From assembly GCF_006345805.1 (NCBI RefSeq), contig NC_043003.1, forward strand, positions 106,702,001 to 106,766,000: DNA of 64,000 nucleotides. Direction: 5' to 3'. The notes beneath the pieces were generated by a model. That model saw only the letters and a program-made list of their open reading frames with translations, did no database searches and was not told where the DNA came from. The stretch comes from Octopus sinensis (Eukaryota). Positions 50,226-63,632 of the stretch are shown one piece after another. Every line of letters begins with the position of its first letter. Positions within the stretch are counted from its first letter, which is position 1. The position numbers were made by a program, and so were the translations under genes.

Positions 50226-51927
50226 CAAACAAGCCCTCATATATATCTCCTCAAGATCTCATTGTTCCACACACCATTCCCATCCAAATAGTCGGCTACT
50301 GTCTTAATAAACAGCGATTAGTCTCTAATCACACTTCCACATGATAAATTAGAGAAAGAGAGAGAGAGACACTACTGCAGGTGCGCAGGTGGTATATGTG
50401 TGTGTGTGGGTGGGGAGATTAGTCTTTCAGGTGATTTGTCATCATAAACATGGTTTAAACTATTCAATGGAGACATAGTACAAAGGAGGTACAACCAGAA
50501 ATCAACTAAAATAATAGGTGTAATCACAAGTATAAGGCTGCTTTTTATGTTGTTGCTTGACTTGTTAGAAATAGTAGCAAAATCTCGTTTATTTCTTAAT
50601 ATACTGTTTTAAATATCCAACGGTACATCTAGTACAGTAGTCTCTGTCATAACCAAATAAAAATAAAAAATAAAAAATGGAATATCTTCAGGTACAGACC
50701 TGCTCCTGAGCCAGTTATAAAGATTCTATGTAGTCACCAGTCTGCTAGATATAGCAACCATATCTTCCTTAAATGACACATTACTATCTTAATATATAAA
50801 ACAGAGACTCTGTGTGTGTGTGTGAGAGTCTATGTGTGTGTGTGTGTGTGTGTGCGCGCGCGCGTGTATGTTCCTTATGGATTTGAAAAGTGAGCTGCTA
50901 ATTTTGAGGTATGCAGTATCAAATGATTCAGTAGTCTTTCGACAACCAAATAAACTCTTTTTTACGAGAAAAATAACCTTGAAAACAAGGTTGGGTTGCA
51001 CAATTTTGAGGTCTTTAGCTAAGGGAGGCAACTCTGCCAGACACAATACTCAAGTTAACAACAAATGTAAACACACATAGACACACACATATTAGGTGCA
51101 AGAATGACTGTGTGGTTGAGAAGTTTGCTTCCCAACCACATGGTTCCATGTTCAGTCCCTCTTGGGTAAGTGTTTTCTACTTTAGACCTAGGCCAACAAC
51201 AGACTCATGACTGAATTTGGTAGATGGAAACTACAGCGTTGTTTATCAGAAAATGACTGAAAAACATGTTTATAAAGAAGAGTTGTTAGGGTTAGTGTTA
51301 GGGTTGGGTGTTTTTCAAAAATATGCATTCCAAGAATTTTGGATTTCATAAAATCTGGATTTCCCTTTTAGTACAAATTCAGTTTTCAAACCTCGCATTT
51401 TGACAGTGGATTTCGAACCTTGACTTCATACAATCTGTCTTCACAAATTCGGTGTTCAAACTTGGATTTCAAACCTTGGAATGTCATAAAATCAGTCTTC
51501 TGTCAATTCAGTGTTCAACCTTTGGTTTCAAACCTTGGATGTCAAACCTTGGAATGTAGAAACCTTGGACCTAAACATAATTAAGTCAAATAACACAAAA
51601 TGGCTACCAGACCACATCAATAACTATAGTTAAAATTAAATAATCAAACAAAAATCAAGTTTGCTTTAAATTCACACAAAACGGCTTCATACAAGCAACT
51701 GAGTAACCATGAGGCAAAATTTACAGTTTAGTTGTCTAATACAAAAAATTGGCTACATGAAAAAATTAAATTCATACACCCTTTAGCTATTTATACAGAT
51801 TTTAACATTTATCTTAACAGAAAATAGCTAGCAAAATTACTACACAACCTGCCACAAATACAGGGTTCAAAATTCACATAAATATTATAACATAGCTTAA
51901 CTTAAAAGATTTTTCTTTTGTACTCAC

Positions 51928-51979
51928 CATGATGTGACACAGAAATTATTTTAAATTTGAAAAAAGTTCTGGCGAATTC
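51928..51979 (-). other. Candidate exon ending in ATG (5'UTR plus start codon)
   Basis: tttatcttatgttccag| acceptor and consensus donor ATG|gtgagt; 52 nt. Confidence 0.4.
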
Positions 51980-52399
51980 CTGGAACATAAGATAAATCCA
52001 TAAATGCCTATCACACAGCACAAAGTACGTAAACTAAAGAGGTAATCATAGCTTCCAGAATCCAAATGACCAACTTTGTCTCACAGAAAAAACTGACACA
52101 AAAAACTAGGGGTGGGGGTAAAACTATCTCTGTTTCTAAAGTTTGCCAGGGTCAAGCCAATTTGTCATAGACTCACAGTTTTGGCTAATAACTATAGCGT
52201 TCCCCATTTTAACAATGGACTTCACCCTTACAGTGTAGCATGAAAACTGTTTTCCTGTTTACTTCAGGTTATAATTTATAATTTCCTAACATTACAGCTG
52301 GATGTCTTTCCTAACATGCCAATCACTTTATAAAGTGTACTGGGTGCTTTTTACGTGGCACGGGCATGGGTACTTATTACACGGTACCCAGTCACTAAC

Positions 52400-52760
52400 C
52401 AAATGTCATCAAGGTCATTCTTGGACAGTTCGTTAATTCTATCAGATGACTGAGATCAATTATGGATTCTGCCAGGAGATTCTCTCAGAAAACCTGAACA
52501 TATATCAGATTGCTGCAAATTTTTCCCTCAACTCTTGACCCTTGATCAGAATTAGTGACTTTCTGACAAATCCTTTAAACTTTTTGAGTGTCAATCAAGG
52601 TGTCTCTGCTTTTGATCTGGTATCAAGAGCTGGGAGTTCAAACATTGCAGTAATGTGATACATGTTGAGGTTTTCCGAGATATTCTCCTGGCAGACTCCA
52701 TAGTAGAGTTAATTCAGCAATGGTCCTTGATTTTTTATATATTTTCTGGCATTTTTCTAG
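52400..52760. mobile_element. Mariner-derived remnant with an inverted segment
   Basis: Plus strand reads roughly CQEILSENLN...IAAKFFPQLLT (mariner HTH/linker); inverted related sequence at about 52650-52740. Confidence 0.55.
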
Positions 52761-53084
52761 TGATTGGTCACCCCGAATGGTCCTTTTGTCCATCTTTGAG
52801 ACATTTATGCTACATAAAACTTTATATTATTTATTTTCAACATATAAGAAACAGGTGGTCTTGATGAAGTTTAAAAATTACAGTTTTTTTTATTTTGTTG
52901 TTTCTTGGGAGGGTCATTGAGCCAATAATAAACGCACAGACAGAAGATTAATTTCATTTCTTTTATTATTACTATTGGTCAGCTTATATGTTGGAACATA
53001 TTCTGTTACATCTTGGGAGGGTCATTATGCCAATAATAAACACACACTGGTTCTATTTCACTTGTTTTATTATTATTAGTCAAT

Positions 53085-53300
53085 TAAAGGTGGTGAGCTG
53101 GCAAAATTATTAGCATGCCAGGCAAAATGCTTGGTAGAATTTTGTCTGTCTCTATATTCTGAGATCAAATTCTTCTGAGGTCGACTTTGCTTTTCATTCT
53201 TTTGGGATTGATAAGATAGGTACCAGTCGAGCACAGGGGTTGATGTAAATAACTTAGCCCCTCCTCTCAACTTAGTGGCCTTATACCAAAATTTGAAACC
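53085..53300 (+). mobile_element. SINE family B
   Basis: Diverged copy. Confidence 0.8.
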
Positions 53301-53939
53301 ATTATCATTAGTTAATTAGTTAATATTTAAACCAATTATCTAATCAATTTTTAACTGTTTGGTAAATCAACCAGTTGGGTTTGTCACTGTACTTTCTTTG
53401 CCATTTGCATATTTATCAATGACATGCTCTCCTTATTCCAGGTATGCTTCAAAAATAAAAGTGAATTAGAACCAGTGCAGGAGTTTATTATGGCTTAATG
53501 ACCCTCCCAAGATATAACAAAATCTGTCTCAAAACTTGAGTTCACATCAAGAATCTTGCAAACCAAATACAAAGGTGCAATATGTTCATCATATTTCTTA
53601 AACATACTTCCAAAACCTTCATCAAAATAAATGATGGGAAAATAATCAATTTAATCACAACAAATTCATCAAAATTAAGAAAGACAACATGATTCAACTA
53701 AAAGTTAAATTAAATAAACAAGAAATAGAATCTAAGTTCAAAGAAGGAGAATTTAGCTTCACAAACATCTATAGCACTGTTGAAGCACACAAATGAGATA
53801 ATCCTCCCTAAACTATGAGCCCTCGAATCAATATATTCAGGCATAGAATTGGCAAAAGACAAGCTAACATCAAGAAGAAATACAAGAGAGATACCATGTA
53901 TGGTAATTCAATGAATTCTTAAAAATTCTACCAACTCTC

Positions 53940-54175
53940 TTTCTCTCTTTTACTAGTTTCAGTCATTTGACTGTGGCCATGCTGGAGCACTGCCGTTAGT
54001 TGAGCACATCGACCCCAGGACTTATTCTTTGTAAGCCTAGTACTTATTCTATCAGTCTCTTTTTGCCGAACCGCTAAGTTACGGGGACGTAAACACACCA
54101 GCATTGGTTGTCAAGCAATGTTGGGGGAACAAACACAGACACATAAACACACACACACACACACATATATATATG

Positions 54176-54272
<97 letters not shown>

Positions 54273-54452
54273 ATATATATATAACACACACACATATATA
54301 CGATGTGCTTCTTTCAGTTTCCATCTACCAAATCCACTCACAAGGCTTTGGTCGGCCCGAGGCTATAGTAGAAGACACTTGCCCAAGGTGCCACGCAGTG
54401 GGGCTGAACCCGGAACCATGTGGTTCATAAGCAATTTACTTACCACACAGCC
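53940..54452 (-). mobile_element. SINE family A with expanded internal (TA)n
   Basis: Consensus halves separated by about 150 bp of TA repeat. Confidence 0.9.
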
Positions 54453-54916
54453 ACGGGACAATAACAAAAACTACAAACATAGTCTTAGAGTACATGTACT
54501 CATATCATAAATATAAAACCATTTGCTCTACCAAGAAACATCTTCAAAAAGATTCTGTTGCCCTACTCAGTCCAATCCCCTCTTCTGCTCTCTAGAAGAT
54601 AATCTACATAGCCAGAAATAGTGCGTGGCTATTGGTTCTCTTTTTGGATCTGCATGAATTTCATTCTCCATAGCCTTCATGGAGAATAATATAATTCCTA
54701 AGCATAACCACACTATCTTCTGTGGCTATGTTAGGAGATTTTCCGTGACAGATACAAGCGAACAGGCTGATACACTTAAAGATCTGGAAAGCATTTTCAC
54801 TTTTACATTTAATTCTATGTTTACTTTTACAGTCACAACATAGCTCTAGCATAAATACAGACTATAACATTACCTCATTCCTTGATATAAAATAAAATAA
54901 TATATATATATATATA

Positions 54917-55405
54917 TATAATATATTAATAAATAAAACATATGCATATATGCATACATATATGTACGTACCTACCTCTACATGTATATATACACGCGTA
55001 TATGAGTACAGGACACCAAAAAAACGTCAAACACAATGAGAAACGAAAACATAGACACTACCCCTCTGTTAAAAGATCTCAAATTTTATTTGATTTGCTT
55101 TTCGCAGGAAGGAAAGTTTCTATCGAAGATGCGTCTCACCTTCACCTTCGAAACGCAGAGTAGATGAAACCATGGCGACTGAAGAAGGGGTTTTTTCCTT
55201 GTGTTATTTGTCCTGTACTCTATTTTTTTGTTGTTTAAGAAAAATGTCCAGTTCCTTGGTTTTGTGTCTATGTTTTCGTTTCTCATTGTGTTCGACGTTT
55301 TTTTGGTGTCCTGTACTCATATATGCGTGTATATATACATGTAGAGGTAGGTACGTACATATATGTATGTATATATGCATATGTTTTATTTATTAATATA
55401 TTATA
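54917..55405. repeat. Inverted repeat, ~140-bp arms (Penelope-like fold-back)
   Basis: 54917-55058 versus 55264-55405; three mismatches seen. Confidence 0.9.
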
Positions 55406-55463
55406 ATACGGAACGCACGCATCCCTTTCTAAGTAAGATTGTTCTTGATATATATATATATAT

Positions 55464-55850
55464 AGGCGCAGGAGTGGCTGTGTGGTAAGTAGCTTACTTC
55501 CCAACCACATGGTTTTGGTTCAGTCCCACTGCGTGGCACCTTAGGCAAGTGTCTTCTACTATAACCTTGGACCAACAAAAGCTTTGTGAGTGGATTTGGT
55601 AGACAGAAACTGAAAGAAGCTTGTTGTGTATATATGTATGTGTGTACATGTTTTTGTGTCTGTATTTGTCCCCCCAACATCGCTTGACAGCCGATGCTGG
55701 TGTGTTTATTCCCTGTCACCTAGCGGTTCGGCAAGAGAGACCGATAGAATAAATACTAGGCTTACAAAGAATGAGTCCTATTTGCTTGACTAAAGGCGGT
55801 GCTCCAGCATGGCCACAATCAAATGACTGAAACTAGTAAAAAAAAATAAA
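55464..55850 (+). mobile_element. SINE family A
   Basis: Near-consensus copy. Confidence 0.9.
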
Positions 55851-56230
55851 AGAATAAAAGAACTATTGATGACACTAATAAATTTTGTTTTAAAGGTGTG
55901 GGGAAGTGAGTTGTCAACATGGTAAAAAAAGCACACAGGCACAATTGTAGCTACGTTCATATCACATGGTGGGTTGTACCATATTATTTTCTTGTTTAGA
56001 ACTTTAAGAGATGAGTTCTAGCCGCACATTGTCCAATGTAATCTATTCTACAGTAGAAGTCCGATATTTTCATTCCACCACGGAATATGTTATTATCTGA
56101 CAATTGATGAGATTTGTGTCTGCTGATATTGCTAATGATATGTTTAATGAATGTAAATGGGTGATAGGAGACTTTATTTATAGAAATTGCTTTTTCATTC
56201 CATTTTAATGTTGGAACAGTATTTACCTGT

Positions 56231-56696
56231 TTAGATTCAATGTTATCTTTTCTACTCTAGGCACAAGGGCCAAAATTTCGGGGGAGGAGGCTGGTCGATT
56301 AGATTAACACCAGTACGCAACTGGTATTTAATTTATCAACCCCAAAAGGATGAGAGGTAAAGCCGACCTCAGCAGAATTTGAACTTTAGATTCAATTTTA
56401 TCTTTTCTACTCTAGGCACAAGGGCCAAAATTTCGGGGGAGGAGGCTGGTTGATTAGATTAACACCAGTACGCAACTGGTACTTAATTTATCGGCCCCAA
56501 AAGGCTGAAAGGTAAAGCCGACCTCAGCAGAATTTGAACTTTAGATTCAATGTTATCTTTCTACTCTAGGCACAAGGGCCAAAATTTTGGGGGAGGAGGC
56601 TAGTTGATTAGATTGACACCTGTACACAACTGGTACTTAATTTATCGACCCCAAAAAGATGAAAGGTAAAGCCAACCTCAGCAGAATTTGAACTTT
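56231..56696 (-). repeat. Three tandem copies of a ~155-bp unit containing a family B SINE fragment
   Basis: ttagattcaa...cagcagaatttgaact units start at about 56231, 56386 and 56541. Confidence 0.95.
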
Positions 56697-57029
56697 AGTT
56701 TCAATGCTATATCTACATAATTTAGTATTTTTAAATTCCTATTTCGTTGCCATTTTACAGTTGAACTGCATTGAGCTCCTTATAGTCTTTTTCAAAGCTT
56801 ATCCAGATCACATTTCTTTTATTCATACACCATACAGTGCATACCAAACCCTGTGTTAACTTCTATATTATTCTTCCTTAAGTGTACATGAACTGAAAAG
56901 GTCAAAGAGATACAGTACTTCCAGACCATCATAATGAGTTCCTCTCTAGCCCTTTTAGTCTTGGAGGAATAATCATCCAATAACGATCATTTCTAGCATT
57001 CATTAGAATCTTAAAACTAGTCTCAATTA

Positions 57030-57640
57030 TCTTTTATCCTTTGCTTATTTAAGTCATTTGGTGGTGGCCATGCTGGGGCACCACCTTGAAGGGTTTAATT
57101 CAACAAATCAACCCCAATACTGATTTTTAAATCTGGTACTTAACCTATCAGTCTCTTTTTCCAAACCACTAAGTCATGGGGATGTAAACAAACCAGCACC
57201 AATTGTCAAGCAGTTGGTGAGACAAACGCACACATGTGCACACACACATGATGGGCTTCCACACAGCTTCTTATTTCTTTACTGCCCACAAGGGGCTACA
57301 CACAGAGGGGACAAACAAGGACAGACAAACGACCCCAGTGCATAACTGGTACTTATTTAATTGACCCCGAAAGGATGAAAGGCAAAGTCGACCTCGGCAG
57401 AATTTGAACTCAGAACGTAGTGGCAGATGAAATACCACTTAGCATTTCGCACAGCATGGTAACGTTTTCTGTCAGCTCGCTGCCTTCAGACAGTTTCTAT
57501 CTATCAATTTCACTCTTGGGGCATTTATCTGCCTGGGGCTACAGTAGAAGACATTGCCCAAGGTGCCATGCAGTGGGACTGAACCTGAAACCATGTGGTC
57601 ACAAAACAAGTTCCTTAACCACACAGCCATACTGACATCT
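57030..57640 (-). mobile_element. SINE family A split by a family B insertion
   Basis: A tail 57030-57270, B 57272-57486, A head 57487-57640. Confidence 0.8.
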
Positions 57641-58344
57641 GTTTTACCAAATTGTAGAACTTGCAGGAGAATACAAGGACCAATGATAAAAGCCATAATA
57701 ACAAATTGAATAAACCTGCAAGCGGGTTTACTGGCAATTCTATAAAATCTCTTGATAATGGCACTGCTTCGGTTCCATTGCATTAAGTTTGTGACTCATA
57801 AAATTCTTGAGTTTACGAAATCTTGTAAGTAGTTGGTAACTACGATTAGTCCACTTTTCATGGAACTTTTCAGCATCAATTGAGAATTATTGGTAGAATT
57901 ATCTGTGATTCTTTTGATTTAAGAGTGGCTTCTGTTGATTGAAGTGTTCAATACGGTCATCGGATTTGAATTGGATAACAAATCTTCTCTCTTTACGCAC
58001 GTTTATCTTTATACATGCATGTATGTATATGTGCATGTGTGTATATGTGTGTATGCATGCATGCGTGTGTGGATGTGAGTGTGTATATGTGTGTATGCAC
58101 AAACACGCAAACACACATACATATATATGTGTGAGTTGCGACGTCACTGGTGCCAAGCTGTATCGACCCTTGTCTTTCCCTTGGATAACACTGGTGGCGT
58201 GGAGAGGGGAGGCTGGTATGCATGGGCGACTGCTGGTCTTCCATAAACAACCTTGCCCGGACTTGTGTCTAGGAGGGTAACTTTCTAGGTGCAATCCCAT
58301 GGTCATTCATGACCGAAGGGGGTCTTTTACACATGTCTGTAACT

Positions 58345-58790
58345 TCATCATTTAACATCCAATTTTTCCATGCTATGTGTCAGACTTACTTGTACTTGTG
58401 ATGGCATTCATCCATGGCGGGTTGAGCCGGCTTCTTCTTTGTTCCTGATGGCATCACGAACCATGGCTGCCCACGCTCGATGGTCCTGTGCGAGGTCACT
58501 GGAGATAGCGAGCCATTCATGGTTCCATCTGCACAGACCGACCTCCTCAACACATTAATCGGGTTCCTACAGCTGGGTTCGTCATTGCCTGAGTCTCCGG
58601 CCCCTCACTTCAGTGCTTCTACAACGGCGCTTAAGGTATGTGTCAGACAGAATTTGTTGAGGAAGATTTTTTTACAGCTGCCTGCCCTTTTCTGTTGGCG
58701 ACCTTCTCCTGCTCCCAGGCAATGTAACATTTTCCCATGGCCAGGCATGTTTTCATGGAAGATTGGAAACGTATAGTCTTGCTTGTATAA
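58345..58790 (-). mobile_element. RTE-clade LINE 3' end
   Basis: Minus strand ...LAQDHRAWAAMVRDAIRNKEEAGSTRHG* followed by an acaagt-type tail. Confidence 0.75.
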
Positions 58791-58947
58791 CAATAATACT
58801 CATTATTCAATTAACATTACATAACGACCTACCTAACTACCTATATACATGCATGCATACATGCATACACATATGTATACATGCATGTATACATACAAAG
58901 ATATGTATATATATGCGTGTATGTGTTTGTGTGTGTATGTATATATA

Positions 58948-59353
58948 TACTCTTTACTCTTTTACTTGTTTCAGTCATTTGACTGCGGCCATGCTGGAGC
59001 ACCGCCTTTAGTTGAGCAAATCAACCCCGGGTCTTATTCTTTGTAAGTCCAGTACTTATTCTATCGGTCTCTTTTGCTGAACCGCTAAGTGACGGGGACA
59101 TAAAAACACCAGCATCGGTTGTCAAGCAATGCTAGGGTGACAAACACAGACACACAAACACATACACACACACATATATATATACATATATACGACAGGC
59201 TTCTTTCAGTTTCCATCTACCAAATCTACTCACAAGGCATTGGTCGACCCGAGGCTATAGCAGAAGACACTTGCCCAAGATGGCACGCAGTGGGACTGAA
59301 CCCGGAACCATGTGGTTGGTTAGCGAGCTACTTACCACACAGCCACTCCTGCA

Positions 59354-59355
<2 letters not shown>
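58948..59355 (-). mobile_element. SINE family A
   Basis: Near-consensus reverse copy. Confidence 0.9.
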
Positions 59356-59401
<46 letters not shown>

Positions 59402-59403
59402 AC

Positions 59404-59456
<53 letters not shown>

Positions 59457-59457
<1 letters not shown>

Positions 59458-59760
59458 GGAGGCGCAATGGCCCAGTGGTTAGGGCAGCGGACTCGCGGTC
59501 GTAGGGTCCCGGTTTCGATTCCCAGACCGGGCCTTGTGAGTGTTTATTGAGCAAAAACACCTAAAAGCTCCACGAGGCTCTGGCAGGGGTTGGTGATCCC
59601 TGCTGTACTCTTCCACCACTCTTTCTCCCACTCTTTCTTCTGTTGGCCTGCTCGCTTAGCCAGCGGGGTGGCGTCATTCGAAGGCTAAAACAATGCGAAC
59701 GCATTGTGACCAGCGATGTGTAACAACATCTGATGGTCTGGTCGGTCACGTGATCACGTG
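59457..59760 (+). mobile_element. SINE family D
   Basis: Forward copy with A/B boxes. Confidence 0.9.
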
Positions 59761-59782
59761 ATATATATATATATTTATAAAC

Positions 59783-60159
59783 TTATAAATTAGGGTATCT
59801 ACGAGATACCACCATGCTGAAAATAGCAGCCATGGTCTGACTCTAAAACCACCTTAATTGTCCATATATCAACACAGAGAAAACAAAGAGACAAGATGAA
59901 ACTAGTATTCGTATGTTGTATTTATATATATATGTATTTATGCTTCTCTTCTGTGTGTCTTCTACTCATGAGGCAAAGCATTCCTAAATGCAAAGTCAGA
60001 AATCCGGGATCTAGAATTATCCAGTAATCTTTTACTAGTTTCATCTTGCCTTTTTGTTTTCTCTCTGTGTTGATATATGGACAAATAAGGTGGTTTTAAA
60101 GTCAGGTCATGGCTGCTATTTTCAGCATGGTGGTATCTCGTAGATACCCTAATTTATAA
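59783..60159. repeat. Inverted repeat, ~125-bp arms (Penelope-like)
   Basis: 59783-59907 versus 60033-60159. Confidence 0.9.
59960..60016 (+). ncRNA. Degenerate hammerhead-like motif in the loop of an inverted repeat
   Basis: ttcta-CTCATGA-ggc...gtca-GAAA-tccggg-ATC-tagaa; perfect stem I but core G5 changed to C. Confidence 0.35.
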
Positions 60160-60341
60160 TTTTAATAATTATTACCTTTGAAGGTTATTTTTTCCATGCT
60201 GACCATTTGATAAAATCGTTGTTTTATTTTATTTTTAAATTAACGATCTTATCCTTATTTTGATATATATATACCAGAGTAAACACATAAATGTGAAACA
60301 AGGTGGAAAAAAGAGTACCGAAATACCAGTGGTAGAGTATG

Positions 60342-60453
60342 CTTTATTTAAAGCAGCAAAAAATTCAACAAAACCTGTTACTCTGAGTTTCCCGTTGCGA
60401 CGGGAAACTCAGAGTAACAGGTTTTGTTGAATTTTCTGCTGCTTTAAATAAAG
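60342..60453. repeat. Near-perfect 54-bp-arm hairpin with a 4-nt loop
   Basis: ...ctctgagtttcccgt tgcg acgggaaactcagag...; one mismatch. Confidence 0.95.
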
Positions 60454-60487
<34 letters not shown>

Positions 60488-60774
60488 TACACACACACAC
60501 ACACATATATACATGCACACATGATGGCTGCAACTCAAGTTTCAAGCAATGTCATTCTGTGATTGTTCTCTTAATGCAGCGCAGATGTTGCCTTGTTAAG
60601 GACCTGCACACTTTTGCATGGAAGGGGCAATGAAGGACACCCCTTGCAGAGAGTTTATGAATCACCCACCCTGGCACTTGCCTATATTCCATCTTGGAAT
60701 TTTTCATTGTATGTCCTAACTTTCTCAGTTATGGCCAAGTCATAGTATGTAACACGTAAATAGGTTTATAAATC

Positions 60775-61120
60775 ATGGTACTCCGTCTGCTGCGACGACA
60801 AGGGTTCCAAGTGATCTGATCAACGGAACAGCCTGCTCTTGAAATTAATGTGCAAGTGGTTGAGCACTCCACAGACAAGTGTACCCTTAATGTAGTTCTC
60901 AGGGAGATTCAGCATAACACAGAGTTTCACAAGGCTGGCCCTTTGATATGCAAATACAACAAAAACAGGAAGAAAGAGTGTGAGAAAGTTGTGGTGAAAG
61001 AGTACAGCAGGGTTCGCCACCAGCCCCTGCCAGAGCCTTGTGAAGCTTTAGGTGTTTTTGCTCAATAAACACTCACAACGCCCGGTCTGGGAATCGAAAC
61101 TGTGATTCCACAACTGCAAG
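60775..61120 (-). mobile_element. SINE family D (head truncated)
   Basis: Reverse of the 22026 body. Confidence 0.85.
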
Positions 61121-61429
61121 TAGAACTAATCTACATGCAAATAATGGCACAAGTGTTTTCCTTCAAATAATGGCACAGGGTTTTCCTTCTCCAAGTGAAA
61201 TGCCTAAACAAAGGTTTGGGGTTTCTTACTCCCAGCTGTTGATTCTTCTGAACTCATCTGCCCTTTGATGGGCTTGGGTTTTCATAATGTAGGGTGTTCT
61301 GCAAAACCCACCCTTCTTATCAACCAAATGCGACAGGGTTGCCAGCTTAGCCACTGACAGTTCAACCAAACACAACAAGTTGTACTGGTTTACATGTTAC
61401 TAATAGCATTAAGACTGACAGACACATCA

Positions 61430-61530
61430 TCCATCCATCCATCCATCCATCTATCCATACATACATACATACATATGTACGTACATACATACATACATAC
61501 ATACGTGCACACATCTAACATACCACCCAT

Positions 61531-61561
<31 letters not shown>

Positions 61562-61612
61562 CCTACCTATCTACCTACCTACCTACCTACCTACATACCT
61601 GCCTACCTGCCT
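61430..61612. repeat. (ATCC/ATAC/ATCT/ACCT)n microsatellite
   Basis: Direct reading; 5' flank of the Tx1-like LINE. Confidence 0.95.
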
Positions 61613-62724
61613 AGGAAGGGTGAATGGCACCGCGAGTGCTGCATTGCTCTCAAGCAACTATGCCGTTCCGGGTCAACCTTGAGTGACTTCAACACAACCA
61701 AAGCATTCTATAGGGGATTAGTGGAGGGGAGGTACGACGACAAGCTCAGGGCGAACCTGGACGTCGACGAGGAATACCTGACCCGCCTGTTCAGGATGAT
61801 TTTCGGGCCAGGGCCCATGGACAACTTCCAGAGATCCCTGGCCTGGCAGTGCTACCAAGAAGTGCTACCCGTTTGGGATAAGCTCTACAGACACGGCTCG
61901 AGAAACGCGGGGCCGACCTGCCCGAGATGCGGTCAGAGTGACGAAACCATTTTGCATGCACTCGTGCAGTGTCCAACAATTTCTGACCTGTGGGACTATG
62001 TTGAACAACTGCTGTCATGTGTGGGACGAGTCGGTTTATCAGCCAAGTCTATCGTCAATATTGTCACGCCTCCTTCCTTCAAATGGGAAGGAAGAGCTAT
62101 TTTCATCATCCTTGTGGCTATGGCTAAAGAATGTTTCTGGTGGACACGTCTGAAAGGATTGGAGACTAACACTATCTTCTCTGGTCAATCTCTCATCAAC
62201 TTCTTCAAGTATCACTTGAAAAGTGAGAGTAGGGAGGCAAGTTTTGTCTAGCGAATGTTTTAAAAAAAGATGGGTGAATGTAGCAAGGATGGCACGTATG
62301 AATGACGAAGCCACTTTGAGCATAATCCTATGAACCCAGGAATTGAAAACAGAGGGTTACCCACTTGCAAACAAATGTGGTAACATATAACAATATTGAC
62401 CAAGGTTACCGTGGTCTTTTTCGTAGGCTTTTCTTCCCACGGATAAACCTTACTTGCTTTCCCCTTTACACCATATATCATAACACTGTGATACACGATC
62501 CCTATTGATCGTTTTTTTTCCTCTTCCCCTTTTTTCCCCTTTTTTTCTTTTGTTCCTTTTCCTTTTCTTCTTTTTTTTCTTTTTATTTTTTTATTTTATA
62601 TTTTATTTTTTTTTGTTTCTTTTGTATTTTGTTTTTTTCATCCCCCAAAAGAAAAACTCTACCTTGTTACTTGTCCCATCTGTGTGCAGCCCTGTGTGCA
62701 GCCCTGTGTGGCCAATAAAGAAAC
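61613..62724 (+). mobile_element. 5'-truncated Tx1/L1-clade LINE (ORF2 C-terminus with CCHC-type zinc motif, T-rich 3'UTR)
   Basis: TCPRCGQSDETILHALVQC; frameshift near 62225, then ECFKKRWVNVA; ends aataaagaaac followed by (ATCT)n. Confidence 0.9.
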
Positions 62725-63510
<786 letters not shown>

Positions 63511-63601
63511 TATCAATCTATCCAAAAGCAGTTAGTTTGTCAATCTACCTATCTATCTGACTATCAATCTATCTTTAATATACAAGCACACACACATATA
63601 G

Positions 63602-63632
<31 letters not shown>

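Noticed and set aside
51286-51306. TTAGGG-like repeats
   Set aside because: Only two imperfect units within an interspersed repeat; not an interstitial telomere array.
58385-58400. Strong minus-strand donor AA|gtaagt
   Set aside because: It is the acaagt-type tail of an RTE LINE 3' end.
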